Assembly (NCBI GenBank): GCA_965649765.1
Contig: OZ287753.1
Location: 68,262,001 to 68,326,000, forward strand
Direction of reading: 5' to 3'
DNA from: Bispira polyomma
Taxonomy: Eukaryota
Length of the DNA stretch: 64,000 nt
The stretch's first letter is position 1, and every line of letters begins with the position of its first letter. Below are positions 53,490 to 64,000 of this stretch, one piece after another. The position numbers and the translations under genes were made by a program. The notes beneath the pieces were generated by a model. That model was not told the origin of the DNA, ran no database searches, and saw only the letters and a list, made by a program, of their open reading frames with translations.

Positions 53490-54700
53490 CCTGGATGGCT
53501 AGGCAATACCAAAACTCAAACTTAGACAAAACTGAATATATTTTCATTGGTAAACCCGCTGTCACACTATCTCGACCGTAGACCCTGATAATGCCATCAG
53601 GAGCAATCTTTAGCTTTTTGCCACAATTTTGGAAAAAAAGGGCGGGAAATTTATGTCGCACGACTATAATCGTAATGGTTTCCGATTGTAAAGATAGGTC
53701 GGGAGCAAGGCCCGATAGATCGGGACAGATCAGGAATTTTGCCCAAAAAAATCCTCCCAAATGACAAAGATAAGTCGGGACAACATGTTACGATCATAAG
53801 GATAGGTCATTGTCATCCCCGATAGGTCGTTGTCATCCCCGATAGGTCGGTACGTCGCTCCCGATAGGTTGGTACCTTGATCCCGATTACTTTTACTCCC
53901 GTTTTAGATGCCGATCAAAAAGATAGGTCATAATAAGGTTAAGATAACTCTTAAACAGCTTACAATTGACGCCTACTTTTACAGTCGGGGCTTCCTAATG
54001 ACTTATCGGTTGCTTCTCCTGGGTTATATTTACAATCGGGAACTTGGTAACGACTTTTCTTTACAGTCAGGGGTTCTTTGTGATTTATCAGGAGGGATTG
54101 GACAATGAAATTGGCTAATTTTTCTGCTGATTTCAATGCCGATAGGAAAGATAGGTCATTATAAGGTTCAGATAACTTGTTTGCTGCTTACGATTGACCC
54201 CGATCGACCCCGACCTATCAGCCGCATATCATCAAATCGCAGAGGTTTTCTAACATGTTAGTTATTTTGCACAAGTGACCGCAAGTGCCCCTTATTGACC
54301 CTGATAAGTCAGGACAACTCCTCGTGTGTCCCGATTGTTCTCCCAATTGGCTCTCGATTGTACAATCAGGACAGTCGAGAGCTATTATCAGAGTAGTGAG
54401 ACAGCCACTCAACAAACGTTTAAGGAAACCACTTAACTCTTACTTTCCCCGCATCACTTCTTGCCATTGACGTTGTTAGCTGCTGATAAAGTTAGAAACC
54501 AGGGAGTGTCTACTTTTGATTCTGATCATTCATTTAGTATGGCCATATTTCTAAAATTGGCCATGCTTGCTACTGTCATCTCAGAGATTTGCATAGAATC
54601 TGTAGGTTTCTCAATGACGGCACTTGGCTATCTTGATTGCTAATGCTATGGCTCAGCAGTTAGTCCTCTGGAATATTGTAAGTCTTTGCTATATAGTTAC
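53490..54700 (+). mobile_element. L2 LINE RT fragment split by a MITE
   Basis: WMA..NLDKTEYIFIG before 53553. After 54410: VRNQGVSTFDSDHSF..GHISKIGHACYCHLRDLHRICRFL..ANAM..LEYCKSLLY (frameshifted). Confidence 0.85.
53554..54409. mobile_element. ~856-bp PIF/Harbinger-like MITE
   Basis: TIR GCTGTCACACTA / reverse complement GCTGTCTCACTA with TAA/CAA flanks. Interior rich in CCCGAT/ATCGGG. Cleanly interrupts the L2 frame. Confidence 0.8.
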
Positions 54701-54770
54701 TTTTTAGCCTGCCACTGGGGGATAGGACAAAATGACAGAGAATGGTCATTTTAACTTGCCATCTGACCAC
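54700..54770 (-). mobile_element. SINE family E fragment
   Basis: Reverse complement CCTATCCCCCAGTGGCAGGCTAAA matches ~19600. Confidence 0.5.
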
Positions 54771-54789
54771 CTATTATATCCTGAAAAAT

Positions 54790-55280
54790 AAGACAAAATA
54801 TAGTTAGTTAATAACTATTTATGTGTCATATGTACTTGTATATGCTTTTGATTGAATATATAACTCAACGAAAACTCCACCTATCAAATGTCAAAGGATT
54901 TGTAATAATGTACTGGAAATGTCTTCTGGGCTCTAATGGCCCTCAGCAAAGGTTTAACAGACTAAAAGATGCCTAAAAGTCTGATCCAGTACATTATAAT
55001 TGTATTAAATGTGAACAAAGTACATATATGTGTAAATGTTTTAGTAAAATTATTTTGTGTCATATGTACCTGTTATATGAGTTTGTAGGAAATTATAACT
55101 GAACTAAAATGTGAACGAAGTATGCGTAAAATTATATTAACTATAACCACTGTTATTAATATTGTATTGTCAATGTGACTTATTTGCCCATTTGGGGCTG
55201 GGTAATTTTTGTTTACCCGTGTTATATATTGTTGTCCTTATATTGCATTGCATGTCACTATAATAAATAAATAAAATAAC
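54790..55280 (+). mobile_element. Retroposon 3' UTR-like repeat with (TAAA)n tail (uninterrupted copy)
   Basis: Aligns with 63370-64000 once the SINE A insertion there is removed. Confidence 0.75.
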
Positions 55281-56902
55281 ATAAATATATTTGCCATTAT
55301 TTGTGAATCCCACATTGTGACTAAATCCAGGCACTCTGTGTCCCTAAAAGGGAGTATGTTTCCTACTAGGCCATAGTGGTATAGGACACCCCCCTCTCCC
55401 CCTCAATAATTAGTTCTGTCAATATAAACAAGACACTTTGACAGATGTTTTGTTTTAAAATAATCTTGATATTACACCCTCCTCCCCCTCCCCAAAAAAG
55501 AAACCAATTAAATAAAAACATTATATATCTAAGGTCATGTAGAACGATTTCCTCATCTGAATAACAATATCATTTATTGATATGAACCTTTTGTTTAAAA
55601 AAAAATCGATATGTAGATATGGAATCCTAACCCCATTTGTTATAACGATACCAGCACCATTTGAAAAGTCTGTTATATCCAAAATGAGACGACACCTCAT
55701 CATCAAATGTGAGTACATAAAATATGAGATTTTAGTGCAATTCTAATTAAACTGAAGCCACTCTGACAGCAAACGCCTATGTGTAGTTTGGTAAACAGGA
55801 TATCAATTAACAAGTACAAAGAAAGTCACAGCGGTGTTCTTTTTTAATAAATAAAAATAATATATATATATATATCATATCTTTTTCTTCTGTCGCCCGT
55901 CAAGACAGTGTAATATGTACTTATATATGTCAGGGTTCAAGAATTATATGTTTTTAATTTCAATGGTGGTTTAATTTATTTCTATCGTTGCTTGTATTTT
56001 TAAGGTGGAAAAAAATGTGGGAGATGGGGATTCGTTATATGAACTGTCTGAAAACAAAAGAAGTAAGCTTTCCTCTGTGTACACTATATATATATATTAC
56101 AATGTGTTCAACTTTTTGAGATAAGCAAATTGTGACAATTAATTTGGGCAATATTGCTTATAATAAAGGACATGTTACAGTGGCTAGTTCAAATACGAAA
56201 TAAAATCTATATTTGGCTCTACAGTATGAAAATAGTAGTTAAGTCACCGTAGTTTAAGCTAATCATCTGATGTGAATTTTCATTTCCATGGACGTTTCAA
56301 AATTACTCATGCATTCTAATAATCATTTTAATAATTTCTTCAGCTCAATTAAATACAGTCATATTTATAAGTTAGTTCTTTAACTTCACTCTCTTATAGT
56401 AAATAGCTTGCAAGATGCAAATGCCCAAATCCCTGAAATCAAAGTGATAATTGATTATATGTCAAATATAAAAAAATTATGTAGACAAAATTAGCAACAA
56501 CAAAAAAAAAAACAACCTCTTACAAAGTTGAGACAGATTTGAGACCAAAATAATCACAGGGTTTTTAAACCTCATAATTTAGATTTCTTATATTGACGGC
56601 TAAATAAAAAAAAAAAAAACACACACACGCACATACCACAACTCATATATTCTAAACAGTTTAATTAAGACATGAAATAGATTTTTTTTTAAACTTTGAA
56701 TGGTTTTTCCAAGCCTTTAATGGTAGAGATGACATCTTTATGAAGGCTTCGTATATATATCATATATTTCCAAACATATATTAGATCGTCTAAATATATG
56801 TATGTACATCGTTATAAATAACATTAAATCTGTTTTTGTCTGTGTCAGCAATGGGGACTTTTGTATACTACTGAAAAGCCTGACATTTAAAGTATTTAAT
56901 AA

Positions 56903-57466
56903 TGGCCCGCTCACACTCGACATGTTCAGGTTTACGTTTACTTCGTATGAGATTTTAAAACGAGCAACGTAAGCAAACGGAAATAAACAAAGTGAAATTA
57001 GGGAAAAGTAACAAAAAATTAATGTATGAGACGTTTTATACACGTTTTGGTAGCCGTTTCAACTACGTTCGTTATGTTAGCCACACTTTTAGATACGTTC
57101 CATACGATTCCCTTATGCATTTCATTCCGTTTCGATCTTGTTACCCACATTTTAAATAGGTTTGCATTTGCTTCATTTACGTCTTTCACATCTCTGCTGA
57201 CTTATTGGTTGTCTTAGTGCCGTCTTCATATAGATTCATATATGCATTGAAGTTGTATCAGATGAGTCCTACACTTCCGCCGAATGCAGCAGCCGTTTTA
57301 GTTGATATTGTCAGCTTCAAACGTATCATATTTTCATGCAGTTCGAAATGATGAATTTTACCTTTGTTTTTGTTACGTTTTACTCAGGCAAGCTTACATT
57401 CATATACGTTCAATAAATTGTTAATTTTTGAACGTAATCGAAACAGAGCCCAGTGTGACCGCGACA
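56903..57466. mobile_element. 564-bp PIF/Harbinger-like MITE
   Basis: TIR TGGCCCGCTCACACT versus reverse complement TGTCGCGGTCACACT. TAA/TTA flanks. ACGTT-rich interior. Confidence 0.7.
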
Positions 57467-57854
57467 TTAGGCAGAAAGAGTAATTATAGAGACAGATAAG
57501 AAATGAGTGATTTTCAAGATTTTGGCCTGTGTAGTTTGAAGGGAGGTGGGGGGCTGGGGGGGGGGGGGCTGAAGAGGTTTAGGTTTTAAAACTGTCTCTA
57601 GTAGATAAGAAGCTGTCAGGACTGGTTCTATCTGTGTGTGTAATGGAAGTTATGACAGCTCTATAATTCAGACAGCTTGCACACATACAGTAATAGACTA
57701 TTATGGCTGTCTAAAGGAGAGATGAGAGGGGAAGGGGGTGATGGTGGCATATCACATCATTTTTTGGGCAGTGGGGATAATGCAGAGCTCCCCCCCCCTT
57801 CCCCTAGTCTCCACACAACCCTGGAATTAAAGTCTCCTACAACCATAACATGTG

Positions 57855-57855
<1 letters not shown>

Positions 57856-57899
<44 letters not shown>
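57856..57899. repeat. (TA)n microsatellite
   Basis: Seen directly. Confidence 0.95.
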
Positions 57900-57901
<2 letters not shown>

Positions 57902-58594
57902 AAACCTGGTGTAAGTCGGGGTTTTTTAAGGCTTCTTCATATCCTTTATTCATGTCTACACTCATATTTTAGGGGCACTGGGTGACATGGTCTCAATTGA
58001 GGCTTGATTACTTGTGGAAAAAATGGTTTTCTTCATGCTAATAATCTTAAAGATTTGTTTGTGCTTGTGTATTTGAGATTGAATGGTATTGCCAATTGAC
58101 CTACTTCCAAAAATATTTTGTCATCACTTTCATTGGCAGTTATCTAATGTAGGTTTATGCACCAACTCTAGACACGGCAAGGCATATAGAATTTTGACTA
58201 GAATCTCTTATTTTAAACCTTGGAAAATGTTAATGGTTTTTTTAGTAGTCCTGTCAATCGTGCAAATGCCTTTGTTAGTAATCTTTCCGACTACTGCATC
58301 ATTTCTTCTGTGATTTCTGGCAAGAATTTTTTTTTTAAAGGCATCTTTAAGATTCTTTTGTTTATCATTTATTCTTTTACTTCTTAAATCTTGGTCTGAA
58401 CAGCTCAGATTCCAATGAGTATATTTTATTAGGTTTAAAATCAGATTCAGCAGTGTCCAAGAAAAATAAAAAAGGGACTATATGGGGGTTATGAGAACCA
58501 AGAAGGACCACGCAATGGACACAATGTTGTCACGAGCGTGGGTTACGAATTTTTATCAGGTACAGCCTGATTTTGTTTTCATCTATGTTAGAAA

Positions 58595-58980
58595 TGGCTT
58601 CCATGTTGGAAATAATATATAAGGCCTTCATGGAATGGTTGAAAGCAAACAACATAGCCAAACTGAACGGTGTCCAATTAATATTTATCACACTGTGTGC
58701 CTGTGTCTTTTTTGAAGGACGGGGCCGCGGTGGCCTAGTGGTTAGTGGTTGCACTTCACAATCACTGGTGTCTCACTTCTGGGCGGCGTGAATTCGAATC
58801 CTGTCAATGCCTATGTGGGAAAGGTGGTAGTTCCTTACTGTGGGCCGCTGGTTTCAGTGCAGAACCTTGATCAACTGTATGCAGTGTTTCCTCCAGCGTT
58901 TCCAACTACCCATCCCAATATAACCTAAACAGGTACTAGAGTGGACGTTATTCCAATTCATTTTGAAAGACAACTGTTGT
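58595..58980 (+). repeat. YY1-motif dispersed repeat, copy 3, interrupted by SINE A
   Basis: Matches 33220-33360 on both sides of the SINE. Confidence 0.8.
58721..58960 (+). mobile_element. SINE family A, copy 6
   Basis: TSD TTTTGAAGGAC / TTTTGAAAGAC. Confidence 0.93.
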
Positions 58981-59965
58981 TTATTTTTAAAAAGATGATT
59001 GTATAGAATGGGAGCTCTTTACATAACCAAACCCAAAAAACCACATTGGACTAAAGCAGACTTATAAGCAAGCGATAAGTTTATTGACACATTGACCGTT
59101 TCAAACAATGGTTTCTTTGGTACATGGCTCATCCTGGTTTTTAGGAATGTCATAATAATGTCATCTGTTTATCTTACACAAAGGACAGTAACTTTAAGAT
59201 CTAGTGCCAGAAATACAGGAACTGCAACTTTAATTACTGTTAAAGTGTATTTACAGACAAGTGTTTTTCAGTCTGTTCTAACACTAAAACACTAGATAAC
59301 AAGCACATATTCTTCCCCAATATGTCCACAATCTATTAAGATCCTATATAGTCCTTTAAAAACTACATAGAAAATGTCAAAAGATTATATAGTTCAGTCA
59401 GTACAGGATTAAATGCTCATTTCACAATATGTCAGAGATTTGATTTTTTTTTTTTTTTTTTTGGTTTTGTTAAACAATTACTTAGACCCCCAAAGATTCA
59501 ACAAAAAGTGTTATTTGTGACAAAAATGCATATTTATATCAACATAACATACCACAAAACCACTTGAGTAACCTAATGTAAAAAGCTTGCTAAAGATAAG
59601 TTTATATAACCGTTCAACATAGGTTTTATTCATATATATCTAACTTCTACCTCCCATACATATGAACTGAAATCCAAAGGAACTACAAAAGAATATACTA
59701 AAAAGCCTTTCATTTTATCATATGGCAAAAGCACCATATATCTACTAAATCATATTAGAAAAATTCACTTATATTAAATATTTTTTTTTACAACGTCACA
59801 CAAAGGATAATATGTTTATTCAGTGGCCACTTGACTTATAGTGAGATGTAGAAAGATTAAAGCCCCTCAGACGCTCTTCAACTATGTAATAAAACTCAAT
59901 AAAAAATCACTTTCTTTATACCTCAATATATTCGTGTGGCCAAGATTATTAGATCTCAGAGCCGG

Positions 59966-59977
59966 GGTCACGTGACC
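59966..59977. promoter_or_regulatory. Palindromic extended E-box (USF/MiT-TFE CLEAR type)
   Basis: GGTCACGTGACC, a perfect 12-bp palindrome. Confidence 0.3.
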
Positions 59978-60387
59978 TCCTTGAACAACTCCCCCACCCC
60001 ACACCCCCTTTTCCCCCAAATCACTTGAACTTTTGCTGTTTGTAGTAATGAAAATATTTTTCCAAAATTACAAATGAAAAAAAAAAAAATAAATAAAACT
60101 GGAACTGATAACACGAAACAGAGTTAGATTACAATGTGTATTTTTGTATTTACCTTATTTTTAAGAAATAAGTCATTTTTATATAGTTTATCAATCATTT
60201 TACAAGTTACAATTACAAACGTTTATCTCACCCGTGTAAAGACATAACTTACCAAAATATTCCAACATATGCTTCCTTGTAGAACAAACATGAGAACACT
60301 GGTACCAAATTAAGAGCCACAGTTTAAGTTTTAAAATAGAATCCAATATCAATTTCCGAGAGGTGGGAGTGGGGGGGGGGGGGGGGG

Positions 60388-61607
60388 GGATAAAATGATT
60401 TGTGTGAAAGTTGTCCGTGATCTGTTTTAATAAAGTCAGTTATTGGGTCGGTTGGATAAATAGAGTATAAATAGATGGTCTAATTGGTGAGGGCTTTAAG
60501 GTGTTGACTGTTTAAACACTGCCACCTGTATGACAAAACAACCCACAGTTAAACCTACACACAAGTCATGTACCCCAGGAGGTTATGACATCTTCTTATA
60601 ACTGTATTCTTAAACTGACATTCCTTAGTAATGTGTTCCATTTGGGTATTTTGTCCATGCTACGAAAGAGCAATCTTCTAATCACATATCTGTGCAAAAT
60701 ATTGGGAAGTTTAGTGGGGGGGAATCACATCTAATTTTTTAAAATCACAAATACATATACCCTCCAGGTTCTTCGATCAAATACCTTGTCCTGCAATCTA
60801 TGGTGACCTTAACCCCAAATATGTACATCACTGGTTTCTATATATATGTGTTTGTTCACAATATTCTTTTACCACCAGCCACCAGATGACTGGTCCATCG
60901 CATGCTTGTGTAATATCTGGCACTCTGATTGGAGCTGAAGTAGCTACAGATGATAGATCTATGCCAACACTCCAGAACTGCTGGTCTATCTTAACTGTAG
61001 GTGTCAGAACAGGGAAACATCACTTTCGTTACTGTCACTTCCATCACCCAACATTTTTGTCACCATTTTTTTTTTCAAAACATCTGCCGATCCTACTGTA
61101 ATAAGAATTGTGACTTTTGCAGGATTCGTCGTCGCCTCACATTTGAAACATGCTATTGTGGTTGCAAAAAAACGTGGTTGCAAGCCGACTGGTATTTTGC
61201 AAATCGCTACCATATGGTATCGGACATTGTATATCATATTTCACACATGTTTACATATAACATATATCCCCTCTGTTTCAAAAGTTTCACTAACTACCAA
61301 TTGAATTCTTTATTAATTTTAAAGTAAATTTCTTCACTTTTCTTGTTTAGCAGCTAGCTCAGATGATATCCTGCAGCAATGTCGCCAGTGGAAATCTTCT
61401 TCCTATTTTTTTCAGAAGGTTTTTATCAAATTCTTGTTGTTGAAAGTTACAGCACAGAGGGGGGTGGATAAAATCATTTCAGTAAAAGATGTCTGTGATC
61501 CGTTTTAATAAAGTCAGTTATTGGGTCGGGTGGATAAATAGATGGTTTAATTGGTGAGGGCTTTAAGTTGTTGACTGTTTAAACACTGCCACATGTATGA
61601 CAAAACA
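60388..61607. repeat. ~150-bp direct repeat pair at 60388-60540 and 61466-61607
   Basis: GGATAAAAT..TGACAAAACA, collinear with few differences. Confidence 0.9.
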
Positions 61608-61807
61608 TGACACATCGCCACAGCGCCAGTGGCTTCACAAAATACTTCAAACATACTTGTATGAACTAGCTTTTTTACATTAATATGCGTCTGCCGGTTG
61701 CAACTGGATTCTTTTATCACACCCTTTCCTTATATCAGACTACAACATTTATTGGTTTTTATTTACTTTGAGATGTATGCCATAGAGAATACGTGGACAG
61801 GACTATA

Positions 61808-61939
61808 GATCTATGTCCAACACCTATGTCCAACACCAACATCATACAACACCAACATGTCCAACACCAACATGTCCAACACCAACATCATCTATGTCCA
61901 ACACCTATGTCCAACATCTATGTCCAACACCAACATCAT
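61808..61939. repeat. Irregular 12-15-bp minisatellite
   Basis: ATGTCCAACACC(AAC) units. Confidence 0.9.
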
Positions 61940-62924
61940 GCAATGAGTCACTTTTTATCACCGAATTTTGTTTCTAAAAAGTTACTTTCAACTTTTCATC
62001 ATTTTTGAAGGTCACTATTTTTAAGTATTTTATTATTCTCAGAAGAGATACATGTACTTACTAATATTGGACTGAGCATATTTTACTAAACAATTAGTAA
62101 CCAAACAGGAATCTTCAGTAAACCAACTTTAAACTAGGAACCTAAAGCAAAGTAATAAGTCTTTATATTAGAAACCTTTTGTAAGCCAAATAATAATTAT
62201 TGGGCAAGAGATCAACATCAATAATAACATTAATATATAAACCAGATAATATACTACTTAAAATGTTGGCCAAAGTGATCCCCCCCTGCAAAAAAAAGTG
62301 TTGGAAACGAAAGGGACCCCTTGGATCATTTGCTGTGACAAATGTTTTAACCACTTTCAAAACATGGTGACGATAGTGATGGTCACAAGAATTGAATGCC
62401 GTCAGTGTCAGATGGGGGTGACTAGTGGTACATTGAGCAGAACTCAAAATTTAATATATAAGCGACAAAACCACATTTATCTGATCTAACCCCCCCACCC
62501 CCACCCCACCCCCCTCCCCACCCCTCAAAATATAATAAAATGTAGGACTCTGTGGTAGGGTTCTTATATTTTGATAGAGCTCTGTGTTTATAAGGTGGAG
62601 TATTTGTTTTGGTACCAGTCAAGTGGAGTGTATAGAAATGTACACCTGTTGATCTTGATAGAGATGTTGATATTAAAAAAAATTTGAATAGATACCCCAA
62701 AAAATACCAAGCATTTACCAACAAGTTAAAGAAATACCAAGTAGTTTTTTCCTCCCAAAAAAGTGACTCGGTGCATTATTGGGATTTGGCAAATGTCACC
62801 AACGAGACATCAACTAGAACACCATAAGTCATCAAGTATTTTATGGTGGGTTTTTGTGTATTACTAATGAACAATATGTACAGCCCGAGATTAACAGACA
62901 TCCTCCCAGGTGCTAGTTGTCCAA

Positions 62925-63180
62925 TTTGAATTTAAATATTTAACGTCCACTCTAGTACCTGTTTAGGTTATATTGGGACGGGTAGCTGGAAACGCTAGAG
63001 GAAACATTGCATACAGTTGATCAAGGTTCTGCACTGAAACCAGCGGCCCGCAGTAAGGAACTACCACCTTTGCCACATAGGCATCAACGGGAGTCAAACC
63101 CACGTCAGCCGATCCCCGGAGGTGAGAGACCAGTGATTGTAAAGCGCAATGCTTGCTAACCACAAGGCCACTGCGGCCCC
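62925..63180 (-). mobile_element. SINE family A, copy 7
   Basis: TSD AGTTGTCCAA / AGCTGTCCAA. Confidence 0.93.
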
Positions 63181-63369
63181 CCAGCTGTCCAAGAAGTGGA
63201 TAGTCCTAAATAGAGCTTTTTTATTTTTTCTATATTTAATATACATGTAATACAACAGAATACAGCTCACTTTTCAGAAATTTCAGATATAAGATAAATT
63301 TAACATAATTTTGATGACATTCAAAAAACAAATTGTGTCATACTCAGCTAATTCTTGGGGGAAAAAAAG

Positions 63370-64000
63370 GACCAAAATATAGTAAGTAAATAATTTTTTT
63401 CTGTGTCCTATGTACGTGTATATGTGTTTGTATGGAAATATAACTTAACTAAAATTAAACCTATCTAATTTTAAAACATTTGTAATAATGTACTAGAAAA
63501 GTCTTCTGGGCTCTGATAGCCCGTGGCAAAGGCCTGTCAGACTAAAAGATACCCTGAAGTCTGTTTTTTTTTTTAATTTGGATATTTAACGCCCACTCTA
63601 GTACCTGTTTAGGTTATATTGGGACGGGTAGTTGGAAACGCTGGAGGAAACACAGCATACAGTTGATCAAGGTTCTGCACTGAAACCAGTGGCCCACAGT
63701 AAGGAACTACCACCTTTCCCACATAGGCATCGACAGGATTCGAACTCACGCCGCTCAGAGGTGAGAGACCAATGATTGTGAAGCGCAATGCTTGCTAACC
63801 ACTAAGCCACCGCGGCCCCCCAGAAGTCTGTCCAGCACATTATAATTGTATTACTGTAGACAAAGTATGTGTAATATTATAATAACTACAACCACTTTTA
63901 TTAATATTGTATTGTCAAAGTGATTTATAAGCCCATTGGGGCTCTGGGCAATTTTTATTTACCTGTGTTACATATTGTTGCCATTATATTCCATGTCACT
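63370..64000 (+). mobile_element. Retroposon 3' UTR-like repeat interrupted by SINE A
   Basis: Homologous to 54790-55260. Confidence 0.75.
63565..63820 (-). mobile_element. SINE family A, copy 8
   Basis: TSD GAAGTCTGT at 63556-63564 and 63823-63831. Confidence 0.94.

Noticed and set aside
54461-54643. AP-endonuclease SDH motif in the ORF
   Set aside because: Flanking frames show it is the L2 RT VRNLGV-FDS-LSF segment.
55652-55670. miR-29-like AGCACCATTTGAAA
   Set aside because: The 3' half mismatches and there is no complementary arm for a precursor hairpin.
61004-61330. RING or piggyBac cysteine-rich remnant
   Set aside because: Needs several frameshifts and the Cys/His spacing is unconvincing.
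61793-62008. QH-repeat protein ORF, and other short ORFs in the track
   Set aside because: These are products of tandem repeats, microsatellites, SINEs or the N gap, with no recognisable domains.

Overview
AT-rich, non-coding DNA from an invertebrate animal. The repeat content is mollusc-like, which is an inference. There is one 164-nt assembly gap at 47379-47542. I found no intact protein-coding gene, true tRNA/rRNA gene or CRISPR array. The only recognisable coding remnants are decayed non-LTR retrotransposon ORF2 pieces: several L2-type, one Tx1/L1-type CCHC, and one YADD core. The window is a layered transposon record. It holds 8 near-full-length copies of a young tRNA(Leu-like) SINE (family A), several older SINE families, and a head-less structured retroposon that shares its 3' tail with an L2 LINE lying in the same window. 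It also holds PIF/Harbinger-like and TTAA (Kolobok-like) MITEs, minisatellites, and a tandem TIR element whose internal 770 bp reappears inverted 6.4 kb away from the exact point where the second copy breaks off. Repeat-poor blocks carry promoter/enhancer-like motif clusters and a few microexon candidates, suggesting an intron or regulatory flank of a gene not visible here. I did not find an unambiguous novel system; the best leads are ranked in the findings. SINE family letters A-E are my own labels.
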